A stretch of DNA of 64,000 nucleotides, from positions 1,280,001 to 1,344,000 of the forward strand of contig OZ250165.1 in the NCBI GenBank assembly GCA_965238005.1. Direction: 5' to 3'. This document shows, one piece after another, positions 29,449 through 37,128 of the stretch; positions within the stretch are counted from its first letter, which is position 1, and every line of letters starts with the position of its first letter. The notes under the pieces are model-generated. The model saw nothing but the letters and a program-made list of their open reading frames with translations. It did not search any database and was not told where the DNA came from. The position numbers and the translations under genes were made by a program. Source of the stretch: Longimicrobiales bacterium (lineage in GTDB: Bacteria > Gemmatimonadota > Gemmatimonadetes > Longimicrobiales > Gaopeijiaceae).

Positions 29449-30414
29449 GTGCTGATCAAGAAGCCTGCCGACATTCCGTCGTCCGAGATCACGGCGGAGA
29501 GCGTCTACCTGAATCGCCGCGAGTTCATCGCCGGGCTCGCCTTGGCGGGGGCCGTGGGCGGCTCGATCATGGGTGCTCCTCGGCGGGCGGCGGCGCAGCC
29601 TCCCGGAGGTCAGCCGGGTCACCCGCAGAAGGATTGGAGCAAGGTCCGATCCGAGCTCGATGAGAAGCTGAATCCCTACGAACACGTCACCACCTACAAC
29701 AACTTCTACGAGTTCGGGACCGGGAAGAGCGATCCCGCAAAGAACGCGCACACGCTCCGGCCCCGCCCCTGGACCATCGAGGTGGAGGGCCTCTGTGCCA
29801 ACCCGGGGACGTATGGGCTCGAGGACTTCATCAAGCCCGGCAAGATGGAGGACCGGGTCTATCGGCTTCGCTGCGTCGAGGCGTGGTCCATAGTGGTCCC
29901 GTGGCACGGCTTCTCGCTCAAGGACGTCATCGATCGGGCCGAGCCTCTTGGAAGCGCGGGCTACGTCGAGTTCACGACGCTCTACGACCTCGAGCAGATG
30001 CCCATGCAGCGCTCCTCCGTCCTGGAGTGGCCGTACGTGGAGGCGCTCCGTCTCGACGAAGCCAGCCATCCTCTGACCATGCTGGTGACCGGCGTGTACG
30101 GCCGCGAGCTGCCCAACCAGAACGGGGCGCCGCTCCGTCTCGTCATTCCATGGAAATACGGCTTCAAGGGCATCAAATCGATCGTGAAGATGCGCTTCAC
30201 CGAGACCCAACCGCTGAACACGTGGCAGCAAGCGACGCCGCGGGAGTACGGGTTCTACGCCAACGTGAACCCCGCGGTGGACCACCCTCGCTGGAGCCAG
30301 GCACGGGAGCGCCGGCTTGGCGAGTTCCGCAAGCGCCGGACCCTCATGTTCAACGGCTACGGGGAGCAGGTCGCCAGCCTCTACTCCGGGATTGATCTGC
30401 GGGTGAACTTCTGA
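29449..30414 (+). CDS. msrP: Protein-methionine-sulfoxide reductase catalytic subunit
   Basis: SEITAESVYLNRREF Tat signal, TTYNNFYEFG, RLRCVEAWS, QNGAPLRLVIPWKYGFKGIKSIV, HPRWSQA. Confidence 0.96.
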   Translation: MLIKKPADIPSSEITAESVYLNRREFIAGLALAGAVGGSIMGAPRRAAAQPPGGQPGHPQKDWSKVRSELDEKLNPYEHVTTYNNFYEFGTGKSDPAKNAHTLRPRPWTIEVEGLCANPGTYGLEDFIKPGKMEDRVYRLRCVEAWSIVVPWHGFSLKDVIDRAEPLGSAGYVEFTTLYDLEQMPMQRSSVLEWPYVEALRLDEASHPLTMLVTGVYGRELPNQNGAPLRLVIPWKYGFKGIKSIVKMRFTETQPLNTWQQATPREYGFYANVNPAVDHPRWSQARERRLGEFRKRRTLMFNGYGEQVASLYSGIDLRVNF

Positions 30415-30459
30415 TCAGGTCCTGATCAAGCGAAGCGTAGCTCGAACCCACGAAACCGG

Positions 30460-31110
30460 TTGAACAAGAAGCGCCAGATCCTTCTCCTCAAGGTGATGGT
30501 GTGGCTGATTGGCCTCACCCCCGCCACCTGGCTGATGTGGCGCGCCCTCACGGACCGTCTAGGTGCCAACCCCATCGAGGAGATCCTCCACAATCTGGGT
30601 CGTGCGGCGCTGATCCTCCTCCTCACCACCCTGTCCGTGACGCCGATACGGCGCGTCACCGGGTGGAACAGCATCATCCACGTGCGGCGTATCCTGGGGC
30701 TCTTCGGCTTCTTCTACCTGACCTCGCATTTCCTGGCGTACGCCATCCTGGATCAGACCCTGGACTGGGAGTTCATTCTGGAGGACCTCACGGAGCGGCG
30801 GTACATCATCGTGGGGTTCACGGCGTGGGTGCTGCTCATCCCTTTGGCCGTGACGTCGACCAAGGGATGGATCCGGAGGCTCGGGAAGCGGTGGCAGAAG
30901 CTCCATCGCCTCGTCTACGTCTCCACCTCCCTCGGCGTGCTACACTTCTACTTGCAGGTGAAGGCCGATACGTACTGGCCCCTGGTGGCGACCACCGTCC
31001 TCGTGGTGCTCATGCTGTTCCGGGTCAGATTCCGGAGAGGGGGGCGCCGGCCTTCGAAGCCGCGCCCGACCCGGGTGGCCGAGCCGGCCACTTCGGCGGC
31101 AGACCTTTAG
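30460..31110 (+). CDS. msrQ: Protein-methionine-sulfoxide reductase heme-binding membrane subunit
   Basis: LGANPIE, RRILGL, LAVTS, WQKLHRLVY; follows msrP. Confidence 0.95.
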   Translation: MNKKRQILLLKVMVWLIGLTPATWLMWRALTDRLGANPIEEILHNLGRAALILLLTTLSVTPIRRVTGWNSIIHVRRILGLFGFFYLTSHFLAYAILDQTLDWEFILEDLTERRYIIVGFTAWVLLIPLAVTSTKGWIRRLGKRWQKLHRLVYVSTSLGVLHFYLQVKADTYWPLVATTVLVVLMLFRVRFRRGGRRPSKPRPTRVAEPATSAADL

Positions 31111-31138
31111 CTTCTTCCACAGACCTCTAGGACACCCG

Positions 31139-32653
31139 ATGCCCCTCGAGCGATACCGAGCCATCATACCGGACTGGGATCGCTTTCAGGCCACCATCCT
31201 CTCTCGCGACCCCACGACCATCCGGGTCCGCACGGGCCGCATCTCCCTTGCGGACCTCACCGACCGGCTCCGGGAGCAGGGCTTCGTCCTCGAGCCCGTC
31301 GAGGGCCTTCGGGACTTCATGCGCGTGGTGGACGGCCCCCACAGCGTGGCCGACACCATCGAGAACTGGCTCGGGCTGTTCTACATCCAGCAGGCCTCCA
31401 CGGGTGTCGCCGCTCCACTCCTAGGCCCCCGTCCCGGAGAGAGGGTCCTCGACATGTGCGCTGCACCGGGCGGCAAGACGACGCACGCCGCAGACCTCAT
31501 GGAGGATCGAGGCTGCATCGTGGCCGTGGACCGGAACGAAGACCGGATCCGCGCCCTGTTGGGCAACCTCTATCGAACCGCGCATCCCAACGTGTTGGTG
31601 GTGTCGGGCGACGTTATGGCGCTCCCGGACGGGGCCCTCTTCGACCGCGTGCTCGTAGATGCGCCTTGCTCCGCCGAGGGGACCCTTCGCCGTAAAGGCG
31701 GGACCCTGCGCCGGCAGCGGAGGAAGTTCCGGGAGGGGGTCCCGCGGAGGCAGGAGGGGCTCCTGCGAAGGGCCATCGCGTTGACGCGCCCCGGCGGGGT
31801 CGTGCTCTATTCTACGTGCACCTTCGCACCGGAGGAGAACGAGGCCGTGGTCCACCGCGTGCTCGAAGATGCTCCGGTCGTCCTCGAGTCCATCGAGATC
31901 GACGCGCCCCACGCACCCGGACTGACCTGCTTCGAGGGGCAGCGGTACGACGCCAGCCTGGAGGGGGCCTGCCGCATATATCCCCACCACCTGGACTCGG
32001 GCGGGCTCTTCCTGGCCCGGCTTCGCCGTCTCGATGGCGATGGCGATGGCAGTGGCGATGTCGATGACGATATCGACGCGGGGGGGGCGGCCGGACCAGC
32101 ACTTCCGGTGAGTGCCGCCGAGGAGCTTCCGGGCTGGAGCCCGGTCCCGGTGGCGTTCCCCGATGGGAGGACCGATCCCGAGGCGGCGGCCCGCGCCATA
32201 GAAGAGGGGCTCGACAGGCTCAGGTCCTTCTTCGGCGTGGGGGAAGGTGCGATGAAGGATCTCCAATGGATGGCCAGGGGGGATGACCTGTGGGTGCACC
32301 GCTGTAGGAGTTGGCCCCTGGACGTATGGGGCGAGTCCGACCGGTGGCGCGTCGTGTCCGTCGGCCTCCGAGCCATGGTGCCGGACTACAGGGACAGACC
32401 CAGGCCGACGAACGACCTTCTACGACTCCTCGAAGGGGCCGTGGCACAAAAGCTCGTCTCCCTTTCGCGGGACGAGTGGAAGACGCTCCTCGGTGACGAG
32501 GAAGTCGAGGTGACCGGTGTCGAGCCGGGCTTCGTGCCCCTGGGGCTCGATGGCCACGTGGCGGGGCGGGGGCTGGTTCGGGGAGGGCGCGTTCGTCACG
32601 AGATACCGAAGGTCCAGGCCCGTTGGCTCGCCAAGATCCTGGAGGGTGGCTGA
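31139..32653 (+). CDS. RsmB/NOP (RsmF-like) RNA m5C methyltransferase
   Basis: FYIQQAS, VLDMCAAPGGKT, VDAPCSAEG, YSTCTFAPEENE. Confidence 0.92.
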   Translation: MPLERYRAIIPDWDRFQATILSRDPTTIRVRTGRISLADLTDRLREQGFVLEPVEGLRDFMRVVDGPHSVADTIENWLGLFYIQQASTGVAAPLLGPRPGERVLDMCAAPGGKTTHAADLMEDRGCIVAVDRNEDRIRALLGNLYRTAHPNVLVVSGDVMALPDGALFDRVLVDAPCSAEGTLRRKGGTLRRQRRKFREGVPRRQEGLLRRAIALTRPGGVVLYSTCTFAPEENEAVVHRVLEDAPVVLESIEIDAPHAPGLTCFEGQRYDASLEGACRIYPHHLDSGGLFLARLRRLDGDGDGSGDVDDDIDAGGAAGPALPVSAAEELPGWSPVPVAFPDGRTDPEAAARAIEEGLDRLRSFFGVGEGAMKDLQWMARGDDLWVHRCRSWPLDVWGESDRWRVVSVGLRAMVPDYRDRPRPTNDLLRLLEGAVAQKLVSLSRDEWKTLLGDEEVEVTGVEPGFVPLGLDGHVAGRGLVRGGRVRHEIPKVQARWLAKILEGG

Positions 32654-32676
32654 CCGGACGGCCGGCCGGGCCGTCC

Positions 32677-33066
32677 TCAGGGTCTGGGCGCCAGGAGGTG
32701 CTGAGCGACGAAGCGGGCGTCGGAGGGAGCGAGCTGTAGATCCTGTAGGGCGCTCGGGTCGAACCAGCCGATCTCGGGGTGCTCGAGGGCGGTGGGATCA
32801 CCATCGACCTCCACCTCGACGAACCGGATCAGGAACGGCGCTTCGGGATCGGAGCTCTCGAAGAGGACGCTGCCGACCGAGACGGTTCTGAGCTCGAGCT
32901 CTTCGGCCAGCTCTCGCTCCAGGGCCTGGAAGTCCGTCTCGCCGTCGTGGAGTTTTCCGCCGGGGAACTCCCAGAGGCCTCCGTGACGCTTGTGCTCGGG
33001 GCGTCGACCCAGAAGAACTCGTCCACCCCTCCGGATGACCGCCGCCACGACCGGGATTTCGTCCAT
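32677..33066 (-). CDS. NUDIX hydrolase, MutT/NudG-like
   Basis: WEFPGGK...GET...ALERELAEEL Nudix box. Confidence 0.9.
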   Translation of the reverse strand: MDEIPVVAAVIRRGGRVLLGRRPEHKRHGGLWEFPGGKLHDGETDFQALERELAEELELRTVSVGSVLFESSDPEAPFLIRFVEVEVDGDPTALEHPEIGWFDPSALQDLQLAPSDARFVAQHLLAPRP

Positions 33067-33233
33067 GGCGCACGGTAACTCCGGGGGCTCCGCCCAGCGA
33101 ATCCACGCCGCCGGGAACCTGAGTTGATCCCGGTGGTCCCCCGGACCCCGCGCGACCCCTTCGCCCAGGCGACGTGACAGGGCGTGGATGCGCGACCATA
33201 CTTCCTCAGGTCACGAGAAACGGGTCGGACGGC

Positions 33234-34343
33234 ATGGAGTACGGATCGGATCAGGCCGGCGTAGCCGGCGTGGTGGACACCTCCCACTGGCACCGCCTTG
33301 ATGATGGTCGGGTCCAGTGCGACATCTGCCCGCGGGCGTGCAAGCTCAGGCCCGGTCAGAGGGGCCTCTGCTTCGTTCGGGCGAACCATGACGGCGCCGT
33401 CGTCCTGACCACATACGGTCGCTCCAGCGGCTACTGCATCGATCCCGTCGAGAAGAAGCCGCTCAATCACTTCCTCCCGGGAACGCCGATCCTCTCCTTC
33501 GGGACCGCCGGCTGCAACCTCGCCTGCAAGTTCTGCCAGAACTGGGACATCAGTAAGTCGAGGCAGATGGACACGCTCATGGATAGGGCCTCTCCGGAGC
33601 TCATCGCCCGCGCGGCGGAGTCCCTCGGGTGCGGGGCTGTGGCATTCACCTATAACGATCCGGTCATCTTCCACGAGTATGCCATCGACGTCGCGCTGGC
33701 GTGCCGAGAGCGAGGCGTGAAGAGCGTGGCTGTGACGGCGGGCTATGTCTGCCCCGAGCCACGGGCCGAGTTCTACGCACACATGGACGCCGCCAACGTT
33801 GACCTCAAGGCCTTCACGGAGCGCTTCTATCACAAGGTCTGCGCGGCGCACTTGGAGCCGGTCCTGGAGACGTTGCTCTACCTCAGGTACGAGACCGACG
33901 TGTGGTTCGAGCTGACCACGCTCCTCATCCCCGGAGAGAACGACTCCGATGAGGAGATTGATGCCATGACCGGCTGGGTGGTGGAGCGATTGGGACCCGA
34001 CGTGCCCATGCATTTCACGGCGTTTCATCCCGACTGGAAGATGATGGATCGTCCACCGACGCCACCTTCGACCCTTCGGCGGGCACGCGGCATCGCATTG
34101 AGGAACGGCGTTCGCTACGCCTACGTCGGCAACGTGAGTGACCGGGACGGTAGCAGCACATACTGCCATGCCTGCGGGCAACGGCTCATCGAACGGGATC
34201 GGTACAGCATTCTCGGCTGGGACGTGACGGCGGGCGGGGCGTGCGGGCGATGTGGGACCCGGATCCCAGGAGTGTTCGAGGCCGGGCCGGGTCACTGGGG
34301 GACCCGCAGGAAGCTGGTCCGCCTCCAAGGCTTCGAGGCCTGA
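33234..34343 (+). CDS. amrS: AmmeMemoRadiSam system radical SAM enzyme
   Basis: CDICPRAC, DPVEKKPLNHF, GCNLACKFCQNWDISK, AFTYNDP, HFTAFHPD; start ATG 33234. Confidence 0.93.
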   Translation: MEYGSDQAGVAGVVDTSHWHRLDDGRVQCDICPRACKLRPGQRGLCFVRANHDGAVVLTTYGRSSGYCIDPVEKKPLNHFLPGTPILSFGTAGCNLACKFCQNWDISKSRQMDTLMDRASPELIARAAESLGCGAVAFTYNDPVIFHEYAIDVALACRERGVKSVAVTAGYVCPEPRAEFYAHMDAANVDLKAFTERFYHKVCAAHLEPVLETLLYLRYETDVWFELTTLLIPGENDSDEEIDAMTGWVVERLGPDVPMHFTAFHPDWKMMDRPPTPPSTLRRARGIALRNGVRYAYVGNVSDRDGSSTYCHACGQRLIERDRYSILGWDVTAGGACGRCGTRIPGVFEAGPGHWGTRRKLVRLQGFEA

Positions 34344-34348
34344 TCTCC

Positions 34349-35155
34349 TCAGGCCGCGAAGGCCCAGGCACCGTAGCCGACGACCCGGTGCCGGCTGCCC
34401 ACCGTGTCGCCCGAGTTCCGCAGATCCAGCGTCCGAGCCCGGAGCCCTCTTTCCCGGGCGACCTGGAGGAGTCCGATGATGGGCACGCGGCCGCAGGCAT
34501 GGTGATAGCCGATCGCGGCCGGGTCCAGCGCCTCGATGGCCTGGGCCGTGGCCTTGTCCAGCTCGCAGGCGACCGGGTAGCGCTGGTAATGGCTGAGGTC
34601 GGAGCTGATTACGACAAGCGTCTCGGGCCCGCCCCAGAGAGCGTCGAGGACCTCCGCAACACGCTCGGGCTCCGGGTCGCCGACGACCATGGGGACGATG
34701 GTGAAGTCGTCGAGCACGACCTGCAGAAACGGGAGGTGCACCTCCAGGCTGTGCTCCCCGTCGTGGGCCTTCGGGAGCATGAATACCGGGCGAAGCCCAT
34801 GAGCGACGCGGACGCCCTCCTCGTCCAGGGGCACGTCGCCGAGAGGGGTGGCGAGAGCCGAGCCTCCGGGAAGGGCGAGCCCGTGAATGGGAAGGGCGTG
34901 GCAGGGTCCCAATAGCACGACCCGCTCGACGGTGGTCCGAGCTCGTGCTACCTCCGCATAAGCGGCGGCTGCGGTGGGGCCGGAGTAGACATAGCCCGCG
35001 TGTGGTGCGATGATGGCTTTCGGTGGTGGCGCGTCGCCGTCTTGGTCCACCGGGGAAACGGACTCCAGAAGCTCCTCCACCGTGCGGCGCAGCTCGGTTG
35101 GGTCGTCCGGGTAAAAGTGCCCGGCGGCGGCCGGCTGTCGAACGTCAGGTTTCAT
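34349..35155 (-). CDS. amrB: AmmeMemoRadiSam system protein B (MEMO1 family)
   Basis: RQPAAAGHFYP, APHAGYVYSG, EHSLEVHLPFLQ, SSDLSHY, ACG, NSGD...VVGY. Confidence 0.93.
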   Translation of the reverse strand: MKPDVRQPAAAGHFYPDDPTELRRTVEELLESVSPVDQDGDAPPPKAIIAPHAGYVYSGPTAAAAYAEVARARTTVERVVLLGPCHALPIHGLALPGGSALATPLGDVPLDEEGVRVAHGLRPVFMLPKAHDGEHSLEVHLPFLQVVLDDFTIVPMVVGDPEPERVAEVLDALWGGPETLVVISSDLSHYQRYPVACELDKATAQAIEALDPAAIGYHHACGRVPIIGLLQVARERGLRARTLDLRNSGDTVGSRHRVVGYGAWAFAA

Positions 35156-35172
35156 CTCAGGGCCTCAGCATC

Positions 35173-36117
35173 ATGCTTCCTGCGTACCTCTGGCTCAGCC
35201 GCTCCGAGCTCAAGGAGCGCTCCCTCCAGGCGGTGGCGTCTCTGGCCGACTGCCGTGCTTGCCCTCGTGATTGTCGCGTCGATCGGCTGCACGGGAAGTG
35301 GTCGGCCTGTAAGACCGGACGCTACGCGGTCGTGGGCAGCGCCTTCCCCCACTTTGGAGAGGAGGACTGCCTCAGGGGTTGGAACGGCTCCGGAACGATC
35401 TTCTTCTCCCACTGCAACCTCCGCTGCGTCTTCTGCCAGAACTTCGACATCAGCCAGGGTGTGCGCCCCGGCCCCGCCCAGCCCGGACTGCCACCCGAGG
35501 AGCTGGCCTCCCTAATGTTGGGCCTCCAGAGCCACGGCTGCCACAACATCAACTTCGTCACCCCCGAGCACGTGGTTCCTCAAGTCCTCGAGGCGGTCTG
35601 CCTGGCGGTGGACGGCGGGCTTGTCCTTCCCATCGTCTACAACACCTCTGCGTACGATTCTCTCGAGAGCCTCACCTGGATGGATGGCGTGGTAGACATC
35701 TACATGCCCGACTTCAAGCTCTGGAGCCCCGAGCAGAGCCGGGAGTACCTGAAGGCGGAGGATTATCCGGAGGCCGCCAGGGCCGCCATTCGGGAGATGC
35801 ACAAGCAGGTGGGTGACCTGGTCATCGATGGCGACGGACTGGCCGAGCGAGGACTGCTGATCCGACACCTCGTCATGCCGGGGTGCCTGGACGAGACGCG
35901 CAACATCCTGGAGTGGATCGTCGAGGAGCTCGGGCCCGATACGTACGTGAACCTCATGGATCAGTACTATCCGGCCGGCAAGGTGTCAGGGGACCGCTAC
36001 GCCCAGCTCGATCGCCGCTTGCACCCCGACGAATTCCTCGAGGCGCTGGAGATCGCTGCCGAGGTCGGCCTCCGGCGCCTGGACGAGCGGAGGGCCGTGG
36101 CGTTCCAGGATCCTTGA
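35173..36117 (+). CDS. PflX-like radical SAM protein
   Basis: Start MLPAYL at 35173; CRACPRDC, HFGEE, GSGTIFFSHCNLRCVFCQN, HNINFVTP, RHLVMPG. Confidence 0.9.
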   Translation: MLPAYLWLSRSELKERSLQAVASLADCRACPRDCRVDRLHGKWSACKTGRYAVVGSAFPHFGEEDCLRGWNGSGTIFFSHCNLRCVFCQNFDISQGVRPGPAQPGLPPEELASLMLGLQSHGCHNINFVTPEHVVPQVLEAVCLAVDGGLVLPIVYNTSAYDSLESLTWMDGVVDIYMPDFKLWSPEQSREYLKAEDYPEAARAAIREMHKQVGDLVIDGDGLAERGLLIRHLVMPGCLDETRNILEWIVEELGPDTYVNLMDQYYPAGKVSGDRYAQLDRRLHPDEFLEALEIAAEVGLRRLDERRAVAFQDP

Positions 36118-36142
36118 CCCCCTGAAGGGCGCGGCGTAGAGT
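36114..36142 (+). promoter_or_regulatory. Sigma70-like promoter
   Basis: TTGACC-N17-TAGAGT. Confidence 0.5.
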
Positions 36143-36235
36143 CAACTCCCCCGCAAGCAGCCTCCCCCGCGTCGCCCCCCCCGAGGGTCCTGCGGCACTG
36201 GCAGACGAGCAGCGCCGGAAGGAGGCGTGAGACCC

Positions 36236-36346
36236 GTGCACTACCGAAGAGTCACTTTCCGAGGCTGGAGTTGCATCTGGTTCCTTTGGCTCTCGGGCTG
36301 CGCCAGCGTCCCGAAAGAAAGCGTAGCCGTCGGCGGCGCCCCTTGA
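36236..36346 (+). pseudogene. Truncated lipoprotein (signal peptide plus a few residues) or a very small lipoprotein
   Basis: GGAGG SD; MHYRRVTFRGWSCIWFLWLSGC-ASVPKESVAVGGAP*; lipobox LSGC. Confidence 0.5.
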
Positions 36347-36396
36347 CCTCTTCGGCCCGTCGTCAGAAAGTTACGGAGAACCGAGAGGCGACCCCG

Positions 36397-37125
36397 ATGA
36401 AGCCTTATCTCGCGGGCGTGCTGGCGCTGGCCGTATGCACCGCGAACCCATCGAATGCAGCGGGACAGAATCCAGATGATCCCGCGGATGCCCTCTTCCG
36501 CCAGCAGAGGGCGGAGATGGTGTCGGTCATTCGGAGCGACGGCATCGTGGACACGGAGACGCTTCGCGCCATCGGCGCCGTCCCTCGTCACGAGTTCGTT
36601 CCAGCCGAGTACCGGCCGCACGCCTACGAGAACCGTCCCCTTCCCATCGGTCACGGGCAGACGATCTCCCAGCCGTACATCGTGGCGCTCATGACGGAGA
36701 TCCTCCAGCTCTCGCCGGGTATGAAGGTCCTCGAGGTAGGAACGGGATCCGGCTACCAAACGGCCGTCTTGGCCGAGGTCGGGTGCGACGTCTACACCAT
36801 GGAGATCTTCGAGGCCCTTGCGACGCAAGCGACGGAGCGCCTTCAGCGCCTCGGTTTCGGCGACGTCACCACCCGGCATGCCGACGGGCGCTACGGATGG
36901 AGCAGACATGCTCCCTACGACGCCGTCATCGTAACGGCGGCGGGCGGCTCCATTCCGCCGGCTCTGATCGAGCAGCTCAAGGTGGGTGGCCGCATGATCA
37001 TCCCGGTGGGGAGCCTCTACGGCGTGCAGCACCTGATCCTGGTGGAGAAGGTGACCCACGACGAGGTCCGCACGCGAAACGTGCTCCCGGTGAGATTCGT
37101 ACCGATACTCAAAGGCCTCCGCTGA
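36397..37125 (+). CDS. pcm: Protein-L-isoaspartate O-methyltransferase with an N-terminal signal-like peptide
   Basis: VPRHEFV, AYENRPLPIGHGQTISQPYIVA, VLEVGTGSGYQ, VRFVP; start MKPYLAGVLALAVC. Confidence 0.93.
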   Translation: MKPYLAGVLALAVCTANPSNAAGQNPDDPADALFRQQRAEMVSVIRSDGIVDTETLRAIGAVPRHEFVPAEYRPHAYENRPLPIGHGQTISQPYIVALMTEILQLSPGMKVLEVGTGSGYQTAVLAEVGCDVYTMEIFEALATQATERLQRLGFGDVTTRHADGRYGWSRHAPYDAVIVTAAGGSIPPALIEQLKVGGRMIIPVGSLYGVQHLILVEKVTHDEVRTRNVLPVRFVPILKGLR

Positions 37126-37128
37126 CCC

